Virus record (IMG/VR): IMGVR_UViG_2563366972_000008
Span: 1 to 39,130 of that record
DNA length: 39,130 nt
From: a virus
Taxonomy: Duplodnaviria; Heunggongvirae; Uroviricota; Caudoviricetes
Direction: 5' to 3' (one strand)
Shown: one piece after another, positions 21,523 to 29,953 of the stretch
Numbering within the stretch: position 1 is the first letter of the stretch
How the letters are laid out: each line of letters starts with the position of its first letter
Made by a program: the position numbers and the translations under genes
The notes under the pieces: generated by a model
Databases searched by the model: none
What the model was told of the DNA's origin: nothing
What the model saw: the letters and a program-made list of their open reading frames with translations, nothing else

Positions 21523-21738
21523 TTACTCTCCCCGTGCAGCCTTACGCTTGTCTTCTCTGATTTTGAAGTACAGATTTGTCAGATAAGTCAGGAAGCCCAG
21601 AACCAGACTCCCCAGTACACCAATCGCAGCCCACTGTGAAGGACTGACCTGATCAAGCCACTGTAAAAACCAGTAGCCAGCACTGCCTGCGGAGGTGCCG
21701 TAGGCAATGCCCGTTGAAATTTTGTCCATGGATTTCAT
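21523..21738 (-). CDS. S: Pinholin, S21-like class II holin with dual-start motif
   Basis: 71-aa translation [27 protein letters not shown]... matches phage-21 S as recalled; two TM segments. Confidence 0.9.
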   Translation of the reverse strand: MKSMDKISTGIAYGTSAGSAGYWFLQWLDQVSPSQWAAIGVLGSLVLGFLTYLTNLYFKIREDKRKAARGE

Positions 21739-21802
21739 AGCCTCACCTCCGCAAATAACGGATGGCGTAGTTTTACACTGAGAAATGAAAGGGATTTGAA
21801 AA

Positions 21803-21823
21803 GAAAAACCCGCAAAAGCGGGC
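21803..21823 (-). terminator. Rho-independent terminator between tRNA array and lysis cassette
   Basis: Hairpin GCCCGC-tttt-GCGGG followed by a U-run on the minus-strand transcript. Confidence 0.4.
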
Positions 21824-22030
21824 GAAACGATATATACAGAAAGGAAAGCACTCTATCCAACAAACCAACCACAGTTAATCGGAATAAAAGCAGAGTGCTT
21901 ATGAATGATCGCCTGCCCGAAGGTTAGTATTTCTGCACAGCAATTTTGCAAAAAAAGGCGATCATTCATAACTTAAACGTCTTTCAGTCACTCCGGGATT
22001 TCCCATCATCGCAGACTGAAAGACTCTAAC

Positions 22031-22105
<75 letters not shown>

Positions 22106-22108
22106 ATA

Positions 22109-22184
<76 letters not shown>

Positions 22185-22186
22185 AC

Positions 22187-22263
22187 TGGACCGCCACCGG
22201 GGACTCGAACCTCGCACACTCAACTTAAAGGGTTGACGCTCTTTCCTGATGAGCTAGTGGCGG
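22187..22263 (-). tRNA. tRNA-like gene with noncanonical anticodon loop CCUUUAA (possibly Lys-UUU; C at position 33)
   Basis: Acceptor CCGCCAC/GTGGCGG, T-arm with TTCGAGT loop and encoded CCA; anticodon loop lacks the usual U33 and the T-stem has one mismatch. Confidence 0.55.
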
Positions 22264-22264
22264 T

Positions 22265-22340
22265 TGGTGGCCCTTGCTGGATTTGAACCAGCGACCTGGC
22301 GATTATGAGTCGCTCGCTCTCACCACTGAGCTAAAGGGCC
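22265..22340 (-). tRNA. tRNA with CAU anticodon, ileX/ileZ-like (Ile2 or Met)
   Basis: Acceptor GGCCCTT/AAGGGCC, anticodon loop CUCAUAA, TTCAAAT T-loop, CCA; resembles the Ile2 tRNA carried by lambdoid phages downstream of Q. Confidence 0.8.
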
Positions 22341-22460
22341 GGGCGCAGGATAATAACGTTACGAAATCAATGTTGCAAGCATTCAAGAATCACCTGGTTA
22401 AAAATTACCCTTACTTCCTCCACCAGCGCATTCACCCTGTCTATCCGAGATAAGTGGCAC

Positions 22461-22487
22461 AAAAAAACCCGCTTGATGCGGGTTTAA
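22461..22487 (-). terminator. Rho-independent terminator; candidate late-operon tR-prime
   Basis: Hairpin ACCCGC-ttgat-GCGGGT preceded on the forward strand by A7, so the minus-strand transcript has hairpin plus U7. Confidence 0.45.
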
Positions 22488-22530
22488 GTTGTGTGGCGAA
22501 GCGACCACTCTTAACAGATTAAGATAGTTT

Positions 22531-22560
22531 TTGCGTACGCGTTAGTGATTTTTTCATAAT
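22531..22560 (+). promoter_or_regulatory. Putative sigma-70 promoter for the plus-strand three-gene cassette
   Basis: TTGCGT, 18-bp spacer, CATAAT, then the first cassette ORF. Confidence 0.4.
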
Positions 22561-22572
22561 TATCTGTATCCT

Positions 22573-23484
22573 GTGGCTATTTCTCTTGCGCAAAGGATGC
22601 TTTTGATGACGCAGCAACTCGAAAACATGCCAATAACAGAAATCGAAATTGCCTACGGTGGAGAGGCATACGCAGATAATCAGATCGACGCGAAAACATT
22701 AGGCGAAGCCTTAACCTCTCTTAGTGCCCTGATTGAACACGCCGAAAAAATAATTAATGGCGAAACAGCAGAGCCGAAAGTCAACATCAAGGCAACAAAA
22801 GAAGGTTCATTTACTTTGCTTGTTGCTGTGATGGGGAGCATAAAAACTATTAACGCCCTTGGCCTCGTTGCAGGTGGTGGAGTTGCCGCAGGTGGCGTAC
22901 TCGGGATAATCGAATGGCTCAAAGGGCGTAAAATCAGCTCCATTGTCGTCGATGAACAAAAAGATACAGCAGAAATCGAAGTGGATGGTGAGAAGGTTAA
23001 ATGCAGTAACGACATTCAAAAATTAATAACCAGTCCAATCATCCGAAAAGAACTGGATAAATTAATCTATAAACCCCTGCAGACTGAAAAACCATCCACG
23101 TTCTCAGTTTCACAGCAGAAGCATAAGGTAGTCAGGGTGACGCAAGCTGAAGCAGTAAGTTTTAAAACTGCAAAATCCACCTTTGTCGAGAAAACGCACG
23201 TAACGACACGCCAAGCTAATGTACATTTTGCTAATGTTCGATTCAAGCAAGGCAAAAGCTGGGATATCATCCTGCCAAATGGCGAAGAAGTTAGCGCATC
23301 TATGAAAGATGAGGCTTTTCTTGAACGGGTTGAACACAACCAAGCAGCATTCTGTAAGGGTGATCTTTTTGTTGTAGAACTGACAGAAACAACAAAAGAA
23401 ACAAATGGCGCGCTGTCTAAACCACGCTATAGTATTACTAAGGTTATACGCCACAGAGCGGCGGCAGATAGGAAACTACTTTAA
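22573..23484 (+). CDS. Hypothetical protein A of accessory cassette: hydrophobic Gly-rich segment plus beta-rich C-terminal domain
   Basis: 303-aa ORF from GTG 22573; likelier start ATG 22606 behind an AAGGA RBS. Segment LLVAVMGSIKTINALGLVAGGGVAAGGVLGIIEWL; AT-rich codon usage unlike flanking phage genes. Confidence 0.7.
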   Translation: MAISLAQRMLLMTQQLENMPITEIEIAYGGEAYADNQIDAKTLGEALTSLSALIEHAEKIINGETAEPKVNIKATKEGSFTLLVAVMGSIKTINALGLVAGGGVAAGGVLGIIEWLKGRKISSIVVDEQKDTAEIEVDGEKVKCSNDIQKLITSPIIRKELDKLIYKPLQTEKPSTFSVSQQKHKVVRVTQAEAVSFKTAKSTFVEKTHVTTRQANVHFANVRFKQGKSWDIILPNGEEVSASMKDEAFLERVEHNQAAFCKGDLFVVELTETTKETNGALSKPRYSITKVIRHRAAADRKLL

Positions 23485-23487
23485 ATC

Positions 23488-23733
23488 ATGTCAATCCTAA
23501 GCATTATGCTTTACATCACTGTATTCATGGCTGTCGCAGCGACGGTCAGATATGCTGTGCTTAGGTTCTTGGTTTGGGTAAAGCCGAATGCGTATATTGA
23601 ACTAACCTACACCGATCCTGAAGGCAGAACCGCTAAAAGGAAAGTCAGCGTTAGAAACGAAAATGACGCAGAAGAGTTGGCGCTACTGCTACGCGAACTC
23701 AAAACTCGCAACGAAGCAAGTGCAGGAAGGTGA
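23488..23733 (+). CDS. Hypothetical small membrane protein B of accessory cassette
   Basis: 81-aa ORF starting 4 bp after gene A stop; one N-terminal TM helix then a charged tail. Confidence 0.6.
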   Translation: MSILSIMLYITVFMAVAATVRYAVLRFLVWVKPNAYIELTYTDPEGRTAKRKVSVRNENDAEELALLLRELKTRNEASAGR

Positions 23734-24120
23734 ATGGCGAACACTAAATCCTACCTGGCAATGCAGGCATGGTTTACCACCCTTATCACTGCGGGATTGA
23801 ATTTCCTTTTTGACTGGCTTCCTCAATTAGCCTTCTTCAAATCATTGGCGCCTGGAGCTGCTGTCGGCTTATCTCATGTGGTAATTCTTCTTATCGCTTA
23901 CATAGGTTTGCCTACGCTTAATGATGTAAGAATGAAAAGGGAAATAAAAACGGCCAGAAAATTCATCACGAACTGCCTGGCCAACCCTAACCTAACACCA
24001 GACCAAATTGCGCACTACAACCAATGTCTTATCGATCTAGACAATAAGCTATTAAAAAACATAAATATTCGTATTGATGCTTTATCTGACGCCGAATCGA
24101 AAGCTCAAGCAGACGAGTAG
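23734..24120 (+). CDS. Hypothetical membrane protein C of accessory cassette
   Basis: 128-aa ORF; ATG immediately follows the gene B TGA (TGAATG) with GGAAGG RBS; two predicted TM helices then a soluble helical tail. Confidence 0.65.
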   Translation: MANTKSYLAMQAWFTTLITAGLNFLFDWLPQLAFFKSLAPGAAVGLSHVVILLIAYIGLPTLNDVRMKREIKTARKFITNCLANPNLTPDQIAHYNQCLIDLDNKLLKNINIRIDALSDAESKAQADE

Positions 24121-24133
24121 TAACAGTCATAAC

Positions 24134-24493
24134 TTATGATAGAATCAAGCATATACATCCATCAATAAAGCCTAATGCAGTTTGCAGCTCCTTTCTTATA
24201 GTTCCATCTGAGCACCTGCGTTTCTTCGCGATTGAGCGTAGAGAAACACCAATAACAAAGTGAGCTATGAGCAGCTCATATTCCTCTGGTTTATACTTTC
24301 GCAACCGAGCCACACAACCGTCTATCATGATGCCTTCATCATCATCACACTGGAGACGTGACTTTTTGCCATGTGGCAAAAGCCCCTTGAAGCCCGCTGC
24401 TATCGGTTGCCAATCGACACCGCTATTTTCTGCTGCAGCCCATGCCCCCCAGCGATCTAAAACCTCATACATATCACGCCCCATTACCATCAC
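24134..24493 (-). CDS. Q: Late-gene antitermination protein Q (Q82/QuuD-like)
   Basis: Translation ...LDRWGAWAA...IAAGFKGLL...RLQCDDDEGIMIDGCVARL...CSDGTIRKELQ... resembles the phage-82 Q family as recalled. Confidence 0.85.
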   Translation of the reverse strand: MMVMGRDMYEVLDRWGAWAAAENSGVDWQPIAAGFKGLLPHGKKSRLQCDDDEGIMIDGCVARLRKYKPEEYELLIAHFVIGVSLRSIAKKRRCSDGTIRKELQTALGFIDGCICLILS

Positions 24494-24845
24494 CTCTGAT
24501 TTCGCAAATCTTCACGCCCAGTCGCCCACCAGGAACGAGCTGACCGCGCACAATATTGATTTCATCAAACTGCTCGTCGTCTATGAGAAGCCCCGCATGC
24601 GTCAGTGCATCCAGTGGAGCTTTCAGAATATTGTCCAGGTCACGACGGCGCTTATCCGGTGGCTCTGCAATAATCTTTATCGCCAGCCTTCCGGACAGGT
24701 TTAATTTCAGTCGCTGCTGGCGAACAATAAGTGCCACATCCCGGCGATAACGCTCACCGGCTTTTGATACAAAATATGTACTGCCACGACGACGCCAGTA
24801 GGTGTTCACCGTCGGCGGGTAAGGCAAAACAAACTCTATACGCAT
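24474..24845 (-). CDS. rusA: Holliday junction resolvase RusA
   Basis: 123-aa translation with RusA hallmarks (PPTVNTYWRR..., DKRRRDLDNILKAPLDALTHAGLLIDD). Confidence 0.9.
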   Translation of the reverse strand: MRIEFVLPYPPTVNTYWRRRGSTYFVSKAGERYRRDVALIVRQQRLKLNLSGRLAIKIIAEPPDKRRRDLDNILKAPLDALTHAGLLIDDEQFDEINIVRGQLVPGGRLGVKICEIRGDGNGA

Positions 24846-24857
24846 CAGTAACCTCTT

Positions 24858-25907
24858 TTACCCGAGCACGCCGGTTGCAAAGGCGCGATCAAGAAAACGA
24901 AAAATTAAATCAATCTGGGAACCATGCTTTTCTTCGAACGCCAGCGGATCCACATGAAGCTCGTTGTGATGCTCCCGACACAGCGGTAGCGTGAAAATAT
25001 CGTGGGCCTTTGTTCCCATCCCTCCCTGACCGTGACCAATCAGGTGATGGGGATCGTCGGCTGGCTGACCACAACACGCACACGGCTGTGTCTTCACCCA
25101 GCGCGTATATTTCTCATTTACCCAACGGCGACGTTTAGGTCGCCTCATGAAAGATTCCGGAGACTCCGGATCAACGGCAATGCTGACCACCGCCTTTTCC
25201 TGTGCTGGGTTCTGTGGCTGGTGGGTGTGAAGCAACGGCGCAAGATTTTTTGTGCGCTGCTTCAGTATGCTGGTGGCGGTCTGCTCTCCCGGTACGATGT
25301 CGCTTTCGCGGTACAAGGAGCGGATTTTTTCCGCACGCAACCCCAGTGAACGACGTAATACAGCTTCCGGTAGCGCGTCCGCCACCTGATTGCGGACCGC
25401 CCACCAGGATAATTCAGCCAGAGATAATTCACGCTCCTGCGTACCGCTTATTGCGTGACCGATGACGTCAATCATCCATGCTGACAGGTTTTGATGAGCA
25501 AGTTGCTCGAGTGATTCGGATGTCTGGTCACGCAGCTGGTTGTCGCAGTGCCAGCACAACACCATTGCGCCGGTACCATAACGGTGAATGACGGTTTCAC
25601 TGTGGTGATAATCGCCGTGTGGCCACTGGCAGGATTTAACATGGCGCAGTAACCAGTCAGACAATGCGCCAGCGCCACCAGCAGCACGAATCACTCGTTC
25701 GTCGCTGAAAAACGGCAGTAATGATTTATCCTCCGCCAGCGGCTGGCGAACGGCAGGAACGACCCCGGACGGCAGATTACGCATGCTTTTCGGTTCCGGC
25801 TCCACCAGCACACGCCCCTGCATAAACAAAGGCATCGCATCAGGACCGGGCCTGAAAAGTACAATCCCCAGACGGTGAGCAATTTCAGGAGTCACTAATA
25901 CCCGCAC
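24858..25907 (-). CDS. DUF968 / YdfU-like protein with C-terminal HNH-like Cys/His cluster
   Basis: 349-aa ORF (same length as Qin YdfU) with PCACCGQPADDPHHLIGHG...CREHHNELH near the C-terminus; between hok and rusA. Confidence 0.75.
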   Translation of the reverse strand: MRVLVTPEIAHRLGIVLFRPGPDAMPLFMQGRVLVEPEPKSMRNLPSGVVPAVRQPLAEDKSLLPFFSDERVIRAAGGAGALSDWLLRHVKSCQWPHGDYHHSETVIHRYGTGAMVLCWHCDNQLRDQTSESLEQLAHQNLSAWMIDVIGHAISGTQERELSLAELSWWAVRNQVADALPEAVLRRSLGLRAEKIRSLYRESDIVPGEQTATSILKQRTKNLAPLLHTHQPQNPAQEKAVVSIAVDPESPESFMRRPKRRRWVNEKYTRWVKTQPCACCGQPADDPHHLIGHGQGGMGTKAHDIFTLPLCREHHNELHVDPLAFEEKHGSQIDLIFRFLDRAFATGVLG

Positions 25908-25908
25908 G

Positions 25909-26193
25909 TTACCTCCAGATGCGTTGCTGGAATGTGCGGGACGGACGCGGTGGGCGTTCGGAATAAGGGAGTCTGACGTAGATTATCCAGTGACGATAAT
26001 CGAGGGTGAGGGCTTTCCTAAACTCATACCCACGTCTGCGGTAGTTCTGAATCAGCCATTCGGCCTGTTCTTCAGTGCAGGGATCGTGCTGATACCAGTC
26101 ATATTTGAATGCGTGAGAACGCCGCCCGTGCCTGCTGGCAAAGACGGCTGAATTATCAGAATTGTTAATTTTTTTGTAATGCACCACTACCAT
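25909..26193 (-). CDS. Hypothetical protein
   Basis: 94-aa ORF upstream of the YdfU-like gene; no recognisable motif. Confidence 0.4.
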   Translation of the reverse strand: MVVVHYKKINNSDNSAVFASRHGRRSHAFKYDWYQHDPCTEEQAEWLIQNYRRRGYEFRKALTLDYRHWIIYVRLPYSERPPRPSRTFQQRIWR

Positions 26194-26253
26194 CCTCGTA
26201 ATGGTGCGACAGACGCCAGTTGTTCAGGCTGGCTTTAACTATAGCATTATAAT

Positions 26254-26448
26254 CTAGTCTTTCTTAATGCTGAAGTGACTGACCGAATCCGCATGCGATT
26301 CTTTGGTGATCAGAATAACATCGGGTGGCAATGGCATTACGATAAATTCACCATTCTCAAGAACTATTACTTCATAATTACCAGGTACAGAAAGCGCAGC
26401 AATTAATTCCTTATCGTTCATAACCAAAATCCCGTGAACTTTAAACAC
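26254..26448 (-). CDS. Hypothetical small protein
   Basis: 64-aa ORF with GTG start, SD-like AAGGGGAGG overlapping the start; weak support. Confidence 0.25.
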   Translation of the reverse strand: MFKVHGILVMNDKELIAALSVPGNYEVIVLENGEFIVMPLPPDVILITKESHADSVSHFSIKKD

Positions 26449-26732
26449 CTCCCCTTAAGGGGTCCATCCCTCTTCTCCCTGCGCGCTACTTAAGAGCCTC
26501 GATTCTAGCCGTGAAGACATACCAATCAACAGCAATAAGCCACCTGAATAACAGAATCAGCCAGCCACATCAGTACAACCAGATGCATCATGCTCACTGA
26601 AAATAAACAACAAAAAACCCGCCGAAGCGCTGAGGGGTCCCCATAAATCAGCGCTAAAGCGGGTTAAGTGCGGGTGCATTGAGGATACCTGACAACTTAA
26701 AGAGTGGCGGGAATTGCTCCCCGCCGCAGCTC

Positions 26733-26885
26733 TTAACGTTTTTCAACTTCGTAGGCTAAATACGCTGAAAGCTCTGTGTTTCCCTGCCTGATGTGCAGCT
26801 CGCATAGCGAACCGCGAACCATCCAGACAAATATCAGAATGGTGATGCAAACCACCACCAGACAAAACACATAGCTCCTTCGCAT
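26733..26885 (-). CDS. hok: Hok/Gef-family type I toxin
   Basis: 50-aa ORF (absent from the ORF track) found by hand translation: MRRSYVFCLVVVCITILIFVWMVRGSLCELHIRQGNTELSAYLAYEVEKR; one TM helix plus the conserved LCE motif; AGGGGG RBS. Confidence 0.75.
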   Translation of the reverse strand: MRRSYVFCLVVVCITILIFVWMVRGSLCELHIRQGNTELSAYLAYEVEKR

Positions 26886-26943
26886 TACAGCCCCCTGTTA
26901 GTTGATTTCTTACTGTTAAGAGGCTAATCTTTATGTGTCGCAT
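26743..26943 (-). CDS. mok: mok-like overlapping reading frame
   Basis: 66-aa ORF overlapping hok in another frame and starting about 60 nt upstream, as in hok/mok/sok loci. Confidence 0.45.
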   Translation of the reverse strand: MRHIKISLLTVRNQLTGGCNAKELCVLSGGGLHHHSDICLDGSRFAMRAAHQAGKHRAFSVFSLRS

Positions 26944-27176
26944 ACAGAATGCCTCAGATTAATGTTAAGCGTCTTGCCGGACGCGTAATGTTAACTGGGG
27001 CTTTTCTCTATCTGCCGTTGGTGTTCATGCCCGAGGCAGATAGCCTCAAGCACCCGCAGCAATTCTACTTAACTCTCCTTTTCCCGCAAACCGTTTTTAT
27101 CCCCAGCGGCAAATCGAATACACCACCAGCGCCACCGCCATCGCAATTCCTACCGTTGTGAATGCTTCAGGCCAAG

Positions 27177-27773
27177 TCATCGTAAAATATCCTCCGCGCT
27201 TATCAGTCCGTTCCGCTCCAGATAACTCATCGCCTTATCCGGTAATTTGCAGTCCGGCTTCGCTTTCCTCAATTGGCTAACCAGTTGTTTAATCAGCATT
27301 GTTAATTCCCGTACCTGAACGTCCCCTTTGGTATCCTCATTGGTGAGGATACCATCGTCTTTCCCCTGAAGCATGGCGGCGCAGCAGGCGTTCCATGAAA
27401 TTTCCTGAAGGGAACGACGAATCTGTGTGCTGCATATACTCCTCCCTGACTCCTGGCTGTTAAACCATGTTTCAAATTCCGGCACTACCGTCGCTGGCGG
27501 GGCGGTGTAAAGTGGAACAACTCGCCCTCCCCATTGCTTAACACTACTCTCCGCGAACACTAAATGCTCAGTCCGATAATACCCGGGGGCATCAATATCT
27601 TTTCTTTCGCTATCCCACATGTAAACCACCGGCTCTGCTTCCAGCGATGCCAGTGCGATACGAAACACATTAGTAAGCAGGCTGTTTGAAGATTGGTTAT
27701 CGTGCGCCGGATCGCTCAGGAAACCAGTGATGAATGATTTAATTTCCGCGTTTTCTCTGGTAATAGTGGTCAT
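27177..27773 (-). CDS. Hypothetical protein
   Basis: ORF taken from ATG 27773 (MTTITRENAEIKSF...), coupled to the stop of the upstream small gene. Confidence 0.5.
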   Translation of the reverse strand: MTTITRENAEIKSFITGFLSDPAHDNQSSNSLLTNVFRIALASLEAEPVVYMWDSERKDIDAPGYYRTEHLVFAESSVKQWGGRVVPLYTAPPATVVPEFETWFNSQESGRSICSTQIRRSLQEISWNACCAAMLQGKDDGILTNEDTKGDVQVRELTMLIKQLVSQLRKAKPDCKLPDKAMSYLERNGLISAEDILR

Positions 27774-27774
27774 A

Positions 27775-27993
27775 TCAGTTTTCCTTATACGGATTAATTT
27801 TATTGTGTAGTGTGTTGAACGGCGCCCATACCACGTCGTTATACAATTCAATAACTGGCTCAATTATTTTCCCGATAAACCAGACCAGTAATAGCGGGGA
27901 TATCGGTATCATCAACACGATAAACAGAATGAGAAACAGAAATTCTGTTGTTCTACTCTTTCGCGGATATTTTTTTCTAAATAATGTGACCAT
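27775..27993 (-). CDS. Hypothetical small membrane protein
   Basis: 72-aa ORF with a strongly hydrophobic central segment; stop abuts the next start. Confidence 0.45.
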   Translation of the reverse strand: MVTLFRKKYPRKSRTTEFLFLILFIVLMIPISPLLLVWFIGKIIEPVIELYNDVVWAPFNTLHNKINPYKEN

Positions 27994-28087
27994 TCATTAC
28001 CGCCCTTTCGGGCGGCCTCCTGATGATTTGAGGGTGAAGGAATCCCTCCGGTTAAGGATTAAATTTTATTTGCAACACTAAATTTAA

Positions 28088-28612
28088 TTATTCAGGCGAG
28101 CGAATCTGTTCCGCACAATGCAACAATGCTTCTGTCACTTCCTTAAGCGTTACGGTATCGGCATCATCCAGTCCTGCAACTTTTGCGTGCCTGACAAACG
28201 CCGCGCGAAGTTCGTCAAACGCCACCGCCCGTACATCAGCCAAGAAAGCATCTGTAGCCGGGGTTTGCGGCATACCTCCGTCTGTTGCGCAGATATACGC
28301 ATCAGATATTTCATCCTGCTCGCCATTAAACACATAGCAACTCTGTACGATAAATTTATTCAGCCGCGCATTCTCCGCCGCCAGCGTCATGCGTTCTTTC
28401 TCAAGTCGGAAAATTTCAGTCACGTATTTGGCGTTTTCACCACCCTTGATTAACTCGTTAATTCGTTTGCTTTTAATTTCCAGTTCATCCAGCAGTTCCA
28501 ACACAACCTGAGGTGTGGCTTTCATACGAAATGCCAGCAATTTTTGTGGTGTGGCTGCTATTTTTATTGCTTCTGCCGCCCCACGCAGTGCCTGATAGTC
28601 AATCTTGCTCAC
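28088..28612 (-). CDS. Ead/Ea22-like early protein
   Basis: 174-aa ORF (MSKIDYQALRGAAEA..., coiled-coil middle) resembling the Ead/Ea22-like family as recalled. Confidence 0.55.
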   Translation of the reverse strand: MSKIDYQALRGAAEAIKIAATPQKLLAFRMKATPQVVLELLDELEIKSKRINELIKGGENAKYVTEIFRLEKERMTLAAENARLNKFIVQSCYVFNGEQDEISDAYICATDGGMPQTPATDAFLADVRAVAFDELRAAFVRHAKVAGLDDADTVTLKEVTEALLHCAEQIRSPE

Positions 28613-28865
28613 TGGTTGTCTCCTTTTTCCATGTTTTCAGACTTTCACCACAGAACGGACAAAATGAAACCCGCACTGGTGATTTAGAAAATTCACCGGA
28701 ACGCAACATCACCAAATCAGGGCCGCGAGTTAAATTCTCATTCCAGATTTTGTATATCAGCAGACCTTTTCGCATCGTGTATTCAGCATCATGCTCAAGG
28801 GACTTTGCCAGTGCTGCACATGGTTCTATCTTGTTGCCCTTAACCTGGCATTTTGATTCACTCAC
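28599..28865 (-). CDS. Hypothetical zinc-ribbon protein
   Basis: 88-aa ORF with CPFCGE motif; GTG start behind an AGGAGGTG RBS. Confidence 0.5.
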   Translation of the reverse strand: MSESKCQVKGNKIEPCAALAKSLEHDAEYTMRKGLLIYKIWNENLTRGPDLVMLRSGEFSKSPVRVSFCPFCGESLKTWKKETTSEQD

Positions 28866-29257
28866 CGCACCACCTCCTGAAAATTACCCTGATAAAACGC
28901 CAGTACGCGCTGCATAGCTTCGCTCTTCCGGCACTCGCTACAGATTATGTTCTGACGCCTGTCGTAGCGGCGTATTTCTCCGTCTGGTAACTTTCGAATC
29001 AGTGTCAGGTCGGTTCTTTTCTCCGGTGTCTTACGCCATACGCGATACGCCTGCTCTGATGCAAAAACACCGTATTTACCGGACATGTATAAATCGCCAC
29101 AAGCCAGCACATCCACAAGGCAGCGTCGAACCGAATGCCAGCCTGCTCCCGTCGCTCTCTCCAGCTGTGACATCGTCATGCGTCCATTTTTGCGTACCAA
29201 TCCGATAATTCGTGCCTTCAGCTCTTCCCGCTGTTCGAGAGAAAAAGGTTTCGCCAT
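28862..29257 (-). CDS. Hypothetical protein
   Basis: ORF from ATG 29257 behind an AGGAGG RBS, immediately downstream of the P-like gene. Confidence 0.55.
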   Translation of the reverse strand: MAKPFSLEQREELKARIIGLVRKNGRMTMSQLERATGAGWHSVRRCLVDVLACGDLYMSGKYGVFASEQAYRVWRKTPEKRTDLTLIRKLPDGEIRRYDRRQNIICSECRKSEAMQRVLAFYQGNFQEVVR

Positions 29258-29287
29258 AAATCCTCCTGAAAAAATCACCTTCACAAT

Positions 29288-29953
29288 TCATACAAAACCA
29301 GCCGCTTTCCGGCGTTCATACTCCTGTTTCAGCAACTCAATTGGTGTTGGCCCCGACGGGCGTTTTGGTGCTGCCAGTTGCCGCCGTACGGGCGGAACGC
29401 TGAAGCCGTCACCAACATGCTTTGCCCATTTCGTCAGTTGCCGTTCTGCAAGCCGTTTTAACTCCCCTTCGGTCATCTGGCGCTCAATCCCCTTTGAACG
29501 CATCTCGAGGCAAATGTGATACAGCACAGGCTGAGGCCACGGATATTTATCGCTTCCGTCGTATCGCCAAGACTCATTGCGCCAGCGTCGGTACTCCTCC
29601 ATCACAGCATCCACCGTCAGACCGAATGGATTGGCCCCGCTTTCCGAAATCAGCGCCACAAACTCAGCCAGGTCCGGAGGCCATGTTTCACCTGCCCTGC
29701 AACGGTCCATGCACTGGCGGCAGACCTGCCGGATTTGCTGCTCAGTCATCGCGCCAATCTGTGCAATCCAGAGCTTCGAAGGTGCGGCCCCGTTCTTCTG
29801 GGTCCAGCGGTTCGAATAAACCTCCCCCATGAGTTCCCACAGCTTCCAGGCAGTTTCCGTCGTTGATAAATCCGTTTTCACGCTCCCACCGCTCACGTGC
29901 TGCCCGAATTTCCTGAACTGCCCGTGATGCGGTGCCACCTGGTGCTGCTGCAT
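29288..29953 (-). CDS. Replication protein P-like (helicase loader)
   Basis: C-terminal half resembles lambda P as recalled; position downstream of the O-like gene. True start probably internal. Confidence 0.65.
   Translation of the reverse strand: MQQHQVAPHHGQFRKFGQHVSGGSVKTDLSTTETAWKLWELMGEVYSNRWTQKNGAAPSKLWIAQIGAMTEQQIRQVCRQCMDRCRAGETWPPDLAEFVALISESGANPFGLTVDAVMEEYRRWRNESWRYDGSDKYPWPQPVLYHICLEMRSKGIERQMTEGELKRLAERQLTKWAKHVGDGFSVPPVRRQLAAPKRPSGPTPIELLKQEYERRKAAGFV

Noticed and set aside
22680-23454. Minus-strand ORFs of 111, 70, 90 and 114 aa inside cassette gene A
   Set aside because: Overlapping alternative frames within the better-supported plus-strand ORF that has a promoter, RBS and downstream coupling; translations are Cys/Phe-rich and low-complexity.
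24267-24704. 145-aa plus-strand ORF
   Set aside because: Antisense to the Q and rusA genes, both of which have clear family resemblance.
26949-27161. 70-aa plus-strand ORF beside the hok locus
   Set aside because: Overlaps the expected hok/mok leader and sok region antisense, has no RBS and a Pro-rich low-complexity tail; any real product here is more likely an antisense RNA.
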